Of a stretch of DNA of 15,742 bases, positions 9,168 to 13,539 are shown piece after piece. A model generated the notes under the pieces. The model had not been told where the DNA came from, searched no databases, and saw nothing but the letters and a program-made list of their open reading frames with translations. Each line of letters starts with the position of its first letter. Positions within the stretch are counted from its first letter, which is position 1. Made by a program: the position numbers and the translations under genes. The stretch is from Candidatus Altiarchaeales archaeon IMC4 (GTDB lineage: Archaea; Altiarchaeota; Altiarchaeia; IMC4), in the NCBI GenBank assembly GCA_001742785.1, contig MCBF01000001.1, positions 617,444-633,185 of the forward strand, in the 5' to 3' direction.

Positions 9168-9359
9168 TTATTTCAGCGGTTTGGCTTCTCTTTCGGTTTC
9201 CTTGAGGTCGAGTATGTCGCCTTCCTGAACAGGCGTCCTGACGTTCCTTCGGATTACCTGCCCCTGGCTTCTGCCTTCCAAGATTTTTACCATGACCTGT
9301 ATGACCTCGCCGTAAATTCCGGTGCGGCCTATAACCTTCAGAACCTGTGCAGATGCCAT
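9168..9359 (-). CDS. rps28e: 30S ribosomal protein S28e
   Basis: AQVLKVIGRTGIYGEVIQVMVKILEG...RNVRTPVQEGDILDLKETEREA. Confidence 0.97.
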   Translation of the reverse strand: MASAQVLKVIGRTGIYGEVIQVMVKILEGRSQGQVIRRNVRTPVQEGDILDLKETEREAKPLK

Positions 9360-9366
9360 TTTAGAA

Positions 9367-9726
9367 TTATTTCTTGATTGCCTTCAGGCTTTTGATAACT
9401 TCGCCGATCAAGTCCTTCGCCTTGCCTTCTTCTACAACGCATGCGGCAGCCGTTCCGACCTTGAGCCCGACTTCCTCGCCAATCTGCTCTTTTGTCGCAA
9501 AAAGGTAGGTTATGTCCTTTTCCTCGCACAGCATCGGCAGGTGCATCACAATCTCGGGCGGATTGACATCGCTTGCTATAAAAACCAGCTTCGCGGTGCC
9601 ACGCTCAACGGCCTTCGTTACCTCGTTCGTGCCTTTCCTTATCTTTCCGGTGTCCCGGGACTTCTCAAGCGCCGCAAGGGCATTCTCGGAAACCTCTTTC
9701 GGAACCTCAAATTTTACGTAACTCAT
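9367..9726 (-). CDS. rpl7ae: 50S ribosomal protein L7Ae
   Basis: YVKFEVP...GKIRKGTNEVTKAVERGTAKLVFIASDVNPPEIVMHLPMLCEEK. An SD-like GAGGT lies upstream. Confidence 0.98.
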   Translation of the reverse strand: MSYVKFEVPKEVSENALAALEKSRDTGKIRKGTNEVTKAVERGTAKLVFIASDVNPPEIVMHLPMLCEEKDITYLFATKEQIGEEVGLKVGTAAACVVEEGKAKDLIGEVIKSLKAIKK

Positions 9727-9900
9727 TTTTTTACCTCACTATTTCATCGCCAAAAACGGCTCTACAAATCACTGGTTTCGGCTGGAAAATCCAACGCAAA
9801 AGTGCCTTTGCACTTTTGGTTCCCGTGAATCAGCGGATTCATGCGGAGCCGGCAGATTGTGCCGTCTTCGCTGACGCTCGACGACACTTGGTGTATATGT
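9727..9900 (-). promoter_or_regulatory. Long structured 5' leader of the rpl7ae operon (candidate L7Ae autoregulatory element)
   Basis: On the minus strand there is a hairpin GUGUCGUC-GA-GC-GUCA-GC-GAA-GACGGCAC (9887-9859) whose G-U pair works only on the mRNA strand. There is also an outer CGGCUC/GAGCCG stem and a box C/D-like GCGAUGA...GUGA overlapping the SD. The transcription start is inferred from the TATA at ~9924-9931. Confidence 0.5.
9796..9847 (+). repeat. Double-hairpin element, copy E1 (inside the rpl7ae leader, antisense orientation)
   Basis: G-CAAAAGTGC cttt GCACTTTTG-GT-TCC-CGTGAATC agcg GATTCATG-C-GGA, the same scaffold as the copies at 12294-12541. Confidence 0.7.
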
Positions 9901-9922
9901 AGGTATACATATTTATCACGGT

Positions 9923-9932
9923 AATTTAAATA
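9923..9932. promoter_or_regulatory. TATA box (ATTTAAAT, self-complementary), probably serving pfdB and possibly the divergent rpl7ae operon
   Basis: TTTAAATA at 9925-9932 lies 22-29 nt upstream of ATG 9954 and reads TTTAAA on both strands. Confidence 0.55.
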
Positions 9933-9953
9933 CTTAGCATAGGTTGACGAAAA

Positions 9954-10301
9954 ATGGAAATACCAAGACAACTTCAGGACAAATTCGCACAAATGCAGAC
10001 GCTTCAGCAGCAGATGCAGATGAACTCGATGCAGAAACAGCAGTTGATTATGCAGTCTGCGGACATCGACAATGCGCTTGAGGAACTCGAGAACATTAAG
10101 AAAGGCAAGGTGTACAAGAGCGCGGGGCCTCTTCTTGTAGAGGTTGATGCGAAAGAGACCCGGAAGAAGCTCGACGACGACAAGGAGCTGGCTGCAGCGA
10201 AAATCGGGATGCTTGAGAAGCAGGAAACCAAACTGACAAACAAGATGTCGGAACTTCGGGCAGAGCTTCAGAACATGATGAAGGGATTCCAGGCGCAGTA
10301 G
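9954..10301 (+). CDS. pfdB: Prefoldin beta subunit
   Basis: MEIPRQLQDKFAQMQTLQQQMQ...ALEELE...KVYKSAGPLLVE; helix-hairpin-helix coiled-coil layout, 115 aa. Confidence 0.93.
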   Translation: MEIPRQLQDKFAQMQTLQQQMQMNSMQKQQLIMQSADIDNALEELENIKKGKVYKSAGPLLVEVDAKETRKKLDDDKELAAAKIGMLEKQETKLTNKMSELRAELQNMMKGFQAQ

Positions 10302-10312
10302 ATTTGACAAAA

Positions 10313-10348
10313 GACAAGAAAAATTCAACAAAATTGAATTTTTGTGTC
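10313..10348 (+). terminator. Inverted repeat downstream of pfdB (possible terminator or protein-binding site)
   Basis: AAAAATTCAA-caaaa-TTGAATTTTT (10319-10343), extended by GACA/TGTC; the right arm includes a T-run. Confidence 0.4.
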
Positions 10349-10350
10349 GC

Positions 10351-10378
10351 ATATAAAGTATGGTTCCATACTTTATAT
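10351..10378. promoter_or_regulatory. Perfect 13-2-13 palindrome over the ZIP transporter promoter (candidate metalloregulator operator)
   Basis: ATATAAAGTATGG-tt-CCATACTTTATAT. The left arm contains TATAAA about 26-31 nt upstream of ATG 10383. Confidence 0.65.
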
Positions 10379-10382
10379 TACG

Positions 10383-11153
10383 ATGGAAAGCGTGCTGTTG
10401 TGGATACTTGGTGCCACTTTCTTGGTGAGCCTGATATCGTTTGTCGGCGTGGTGGCCATGTTCCTAAAAGAGCGGCTTTTGGACAAAATCCTTTTGGTTC
10501 TGGTTTCGCTGTCCGCCGGCGCGTTAATCGGGGGGGCGTTTCTGCACCTTCTGCCGGAGGCGGTCGCGGATGTTGCCGGAGAAGACACGGCGGTTTTAAA
10601 TGTATTCCTTTTCCTGCTTTTGGGGTTCTGCATGTTCTTCGTCCTTGAGCAGTTTATCCACTGGCACCACCATCACAGCGCCCACCACGATGAAAAATGC
10701 ATAAAACCGTTTTCCTATCTGATCCTGGTCGGCGACGGCGTGCACAATTTTATCGACGGGCTGATAATAGCCGGAAGTTTTATGATCAATACAGAGGTCG
10801 GAATTGTAACTACGCTTGCAGTGGCACTGCACGAAATACCGCAGGAGTTGGGCGATTTCGGGGTTCTTGTTTACGGCGGATTCGGCAAGGTGAAGGCACT
10901 GCTCCTTAACTTCGCATCGGGGCTGATCGCAATAGTCGGCGGACTCGTCGGCTACTTCCTTTCCGCGCAACTCGGGGCATCGGCGGTTTATCTTCTGCCG
11001 TTTGCCGCAGGGAATTTCATCTACATTGCCGCCTCTGATTTAATCCCCGAAATCAAGCACAGTGATGAACTTAAAACATCCCTTGTGCATTTTACGGTAT
11101 TCCTCGGCGGTATCGCCCTGATGCTGGTGATGAAGTTAACATTCGGGGATTAA
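10383..11153 (+). CDS. ZIP (ZupT/GufA) family divalent metal transporter
   Basis: AFLHLLPEA, a His-rich loop HWHHHHSAHH, and the metal-binding TM motifs GDGVHNFIDG and ALHEIPQELGDFG. ATG 10383 is preferred to GTG 10344, which would fall in the promoter palindrome region. Confidence 0.93.
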   Translation: MESVLLWILGATFLVSLISFVGVVAMFLKERLLDKILLVLVSLSAGALIGGAFLHLLPEAVADVAGEDTAVLNVFLFLLLGFCMFFVLEQFIHWHHHHSAHHDEKCIKPFSYLILVGDGVHNFIDGLIIAGSFMINTEVGIVTTLAVALHEIPQELGDFGVLVYGGFGKVKALLLNFASGLIAIVGGLVGYFLSAQLGASAVYLLPFAAGNFIYIAASDLIPEIKHSDELKTSLVHFTVFLGGIALMLVMKLTFGD

Positions 11154-11169
11154 AATCCGCGTAGGTAAA

Positions 11170-11799
11170 ATGGACGAAGCATTTAGAGCCAAAAGGATAC
11201 TTGAACTTTTGGGGAGGGAGTACCCGGATGCAACTACCGCCCTCGTCCACAAAAACCCCTTCGAGCTTCTTGTGGCGACAATACTTTCCGCGCAGTGCAC
11301 CGACGAGCGGGTGAATCTGGTTACCGGCGAGCTTTTCAAAAAGTACAAAACGCCTGCCGACTTTTCAAATGCCGAAATAGGGGAGCTTGAAAAACTCGTC
11401 TACTCCACGGGGTTTTACAAAAACAAGGCGAAAAACATAAAAGCGGCATCAAGGATGCTCGTCGAGGATTTCGCCGGCGATGTGCCTGACAACATGGATG
11501 GCCTGCTCAAACTTCCGGGGGTTGCCAGAAAGACCGCAAATATCGTCCTGACATACGGCTTCGGGAAAAACGAGGGCATCGCGGTCGACACGCACGTTGC
11601 CCGCCTCTCCCTGCGGCTTGGGTTTTCGCAAAGCAAGAACCCGGAAAAAATCGAGGAGGATTTGATGAGGTTATTTGACAGGGCAAACTGGGGGCTTATA
11701 AACACGCTGTTGGTTTCGCACGGCAGAAAGATATGCAATGCAAAAAAACCGATGTGTTGCGGATGTGTAATCATGGATGTGTGCCTGTCTAAAAAATGA
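11170..11799 (+). CDS. nth: Endonuclease III (HhH-GPD DNA glycosylase/AP lyase)
   Basis: PFELLVATILSAQCTDERVN, HhH motif LPGVARKTANIVL, catalytic AVDTHV, and the C-x6-C-x2-C-x5-C 4Fe-4S motif (CNAKKPMCCGCVIMDVC). Confidence 0.96.
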   Translation: MDEAFRAKRILELLGREYPDATTALVHKNPFELLVATILSAQCTDERVNLVTGELFKKYKTPADFSNAEIGELEKLVYSTGFYKNKAKNIKAASRMLVEDFAGDVPDNMDGLLKLPGVARKTANIVLTYGFGKNEGIAVDTHVARLSLRLGFSQSKNPEKIEEDLMRLFDRANWGLINTLLVSHGRKICNAKKPMCCGCVIMDVCLSKK

Positions 11800-12233
11800 T
11801 AGAAAAATACAAAAGCAAACGGAACTTCGGGTCCACGAACGAGCCAGAAGGTGAATTAAAATCCTCTGACAAGCCGATATTCGTCGTGCAAAAACACGAC
11901 GCGTCCCACCTGCACTTCGACCTTCGCCTTGAGATGGACGGGGTGCTGAAGAGCTGGGCGGTGCCGAAAGAGCCACCGATTAAGCCGGGCGTAAAGCGGC
12001 TGGCGGTCCAGACCGAGGACCACCCACTTGATTATGCGGACTTCGAGGGCGTTATCCCCGAGGGAAATTACGGGGCGGGAACAGTTGAGCGCTGGGACGC
12101 GGGACTGTTGAAAATTCTCGAAAGGAAGGACGACCGGCTGGTTTTTGAGCTTGATGGCGAAAAGCTCAGGGGCGAATACGTTTTAGTGCAGTTCAAAGGC
12201 CAGCCAAAGAACTGGCTGTTTTTCAAGAGGTAA
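11796..12233 (+). CDS. Stand-alone LigD-type DNA 3'-phosphoesterase (PE domain)
   Basis: FVVQKHDASHLHFDLRLEMDGVLKSWAVPK and RLAVQTEDHPLDYADFEGVIPEGNYGAG; no ligase or polymerase domain attached. ATGA overlap with nth. Confidence 0.93.
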   Translation: MIEKYKSKRNFGSTNEPEGELKSSDKPIFVVQKHDASHLHFDLRLEMDGVLKSWAVPKEPPIKPGVKRLAVQTEDHPLDYADFEGVIPEGNYGAGTVERWDAGLLKILERKDDRLVFELDGEKLRGEYVLVQFKGQPKNWLFFKR

Positions 12234-12241
12234 ACTATAGG

Positions 12242-12556
12242 CAAGAGCATAAGTTTTGGAACTTTTCATTTGAACTTATGCTCTTGAATATAAGCAAAAC
12301 CCTTTGGGTTTTGGTATCCACGCGAATCTTTCGATTCGCGGGACAAGCGTTTGCGACATGTCGCAAACGATGTCCTGAAATCAGTTTGTGATTTCACGGA
12401 CACTGAAACACATAGTGTTTCACGTGTACTGATTTTGCCACTACAAAATCATTATATCGAATTGCATTTATAAAAAGTTCCATAAGCGTTTGCGACTTTG
12501 TCGCAAACGGTATCCCGAAATTGCCGTGCAATTTCGAGGATTAATTATGCAATTCG
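12242..12556. repeat. Intergenic array of back-to-back inverted repeats, including three double-hairpin elements (E2 12294-12343, E3 12347-12402, E4 12486-12541)
   Basis: Stems read directly: CAAGAGCATAAGTT/AACTTATGCTCTTG (12242-12286); CAAAACCC/GGGTTTTG; CGCGAATC/GATTCGCG; the 22-bp palindrome CGTTTGCGACATGTCGCAAACG; TGAAATCA/TGATTTCA; TGAAACAC/GTGTTTCA; TGATTTTG/CAAAATCA; CGTTTGCGAC/GTCGCAAACG; CGAAATTGC/GCAATTTCG; and the outer pair CGAATTGCAT/ATGCAATTCG. Confidence 0.9.
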
Positions 12557-12573
12557 CTATACTGCAATAAACG

Positions 12574-12603
12574 ATGCTAACAAAACAGAAACTCGAATCT
12601 GAT
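12574..12603 (+). pseudogene. alaS 5' fragment, copy 1 (10 codons; continues as an 18-aa mini-ORF to TGA 12630)
   Basis: ATGCTAACAAAACAGAAACTCGAATCTGAT matches the alaS start ATGCTAACAAAACAGAAGCTCAAATCGGAT at 27/30 nt. Confidence 0.75.
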
Positions 12604-12626
12604 AACAGGATTAAACGAATAAAATC

Positions 12627-13352
12627 ATGAAAATCACTGCATTTAACGGGAGCCCCCGTGGAAAGAATGGCAACACCCATGTTATGGTGGAGGAGTTTTT
12701 AAAAGGAGCAAATGATGCGGGTGCTGATGTTGAAAACGTATTTCTCGCGGAAAAAGAGATAAAACCCTGCAAGGGGTGTTTTGGCTGCTGGGTGAAAACA
12801 CCGGGCAAATGTGTCATCAAAGACGACATGGAAGGATCGTTATCGAAGTTTATGAGTTCAGATATTGTTGTTTTCGCAACCCCCCTTTACGCGGACAATG
12901 TAACTGGGATCATGAAAAATTTTATTGACAGGCGCATTCCTATTCTGGACCCTCACCTTGAAAAAGACGAAAAAGGGGAATGCAGACATCCAAGCAGGTA
13001 CGAAAAATCCCCGAAAATCGTTGTGATTTCAAACTGCGGGTTCCCTGAGCAAAACCATTTTGAGGTTTTAAAGTTGTTGTTCAGAAGAATCGCAAGAAAT
13101 ACGCATTCCGAAGTTATCGCTGAAATATATCGGGGTGGCGGCGAAATTCTCAAAGAACACCCCCTGATTATCAAGCCCTTTGTTTGGAAATATAAGAAAT
13201 TATTGAGGAAAGCGGGGCGGGAGATAGTTGAAACCCTGAAACTTACCGAAGAAACCATGTCGCAATTGGAAAAACCAATTATTTCAAAAGAACAATACAT
13301 AAACGGAGCAAACAATAGGTGGGATGGATTATTGTCAATAAAAAAATGCTAA
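12627..13352 (+). CDS. Iron-sulfur flavoprotein / flavodoxin-like (NADPH-dependent FMN reductase family)
   Basis: MKITAFNGSPRGKNGNT FMN-binding loop, Cys motif CKGCFGCWVKTPGKC, and DIVVFATPLY. Confidence 0.9.
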   Translation: MKITAFNGSPRGKNGNTHVMVEEFLKGANDAGADVENVFLAEKEIKPCKGCFGCWVKTPGKCVIKDDMEGSLSKFMSSDIVVFATPLYADNVTGIMKNFIDRRIPILDPHLEKDEKGECRHPSRYEKSPKIVVISNCGFPEQNHFEVLKLLFRRIARNTHSEVIAEIYRGGGEILKEHPLIIKPFVWKYKKLLRKAGREIVETLKLTEETMSQLEKPIISKEQYINGANNRWDGLLSIKKC

Positions 13353-13405
13353 CCAAAGCCAAACTTAAATCGGAGTTCGCGAAGGACTGGAAGAAGCAGT
13401 ACGAG
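13346..13405 (+). pseudogene. alaS 5' fragment, copy 2 (20 codons; continues as a 40-aa ORF to TGA 13468)
   Basis: MLTKAKLKSEFAKDWKKQYE versus alaS MLTKQKLKSDFAKDWKKQYE; 53/60 nt identical, with the last 30 nt identical. Confidence 0.85.
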
Positions 13406-13409
13406 AACC

Positions 13410-13532
13410 CTTTCTTTCTGTCCCAGAAAGAAAGTGTCGCGTCCCAAAGAAAGATTTTGAAAATGTGAAATTTTCAAAGCCACGAGATTCTTTGGAATCT
13501 TGATGTGGAGTCGAGTTCCATTGGAACCCAAC
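13410..13532. repeat. Second cluster of four adjacent hairpins directly upstream of alaS
   Basis: CTTTCTTTCTG-tcc-CAGAAAGAAAG (13410-13434); TTTGAAAAT-gtgaa-ATTTTCAAA (13456-13478); CCAC-GAGATTC-tttg-GAATCTT-gat-GTGG (13480-13508); and the imperfect GTCGAGTTCC-att-GGAACCCAAC (13510-13532). Confidence 0.8.
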
Positions 13533-13539
13533 GGAAAAA

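Noticed and set aside
9727..9900. tRNA or other standard stable RNA gene in the rpl7ae-pfdB gap
   Set aside because: No cloverleaf with a T-loop GTTCRA and acceptor stem could be built on either strand, and there is no recognisable SRP, RNase P or 5S signature.
9895..9912. ATATGTA-ggta-TACATAT inverted repeat as an operator
   Set aside because: The arms are only 7 bp and AT-rich, which could easily arise by chance in a promoter region.
8340..10352. Long alternative ORFs 8340-9011 (+), 9322-9828 (+) and 9762-10352 (-)
   Set aside because: They lie antisense to well-supported ndk, ribosomal protein and pfdB genes and have no recognisable motifs.
12257..12482. Classical MITE or IS defined by TGGAACTTTT/AAAAGTTCCA ends
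   Set aside because: The inverted repeat is only 10 bp, there is no flanking target duplication and no transposase. It is kept only as a detail of the hairpin array.
12242..12556. CRISPR array
   Set aside because: There are no regularly spaced identical direct repeats with unique spacers. Only AAGCGTTTGCGAC...GTCGCAAACG occurs twice, the intervening sequences are themselves palindromes, and no cas genes are present.
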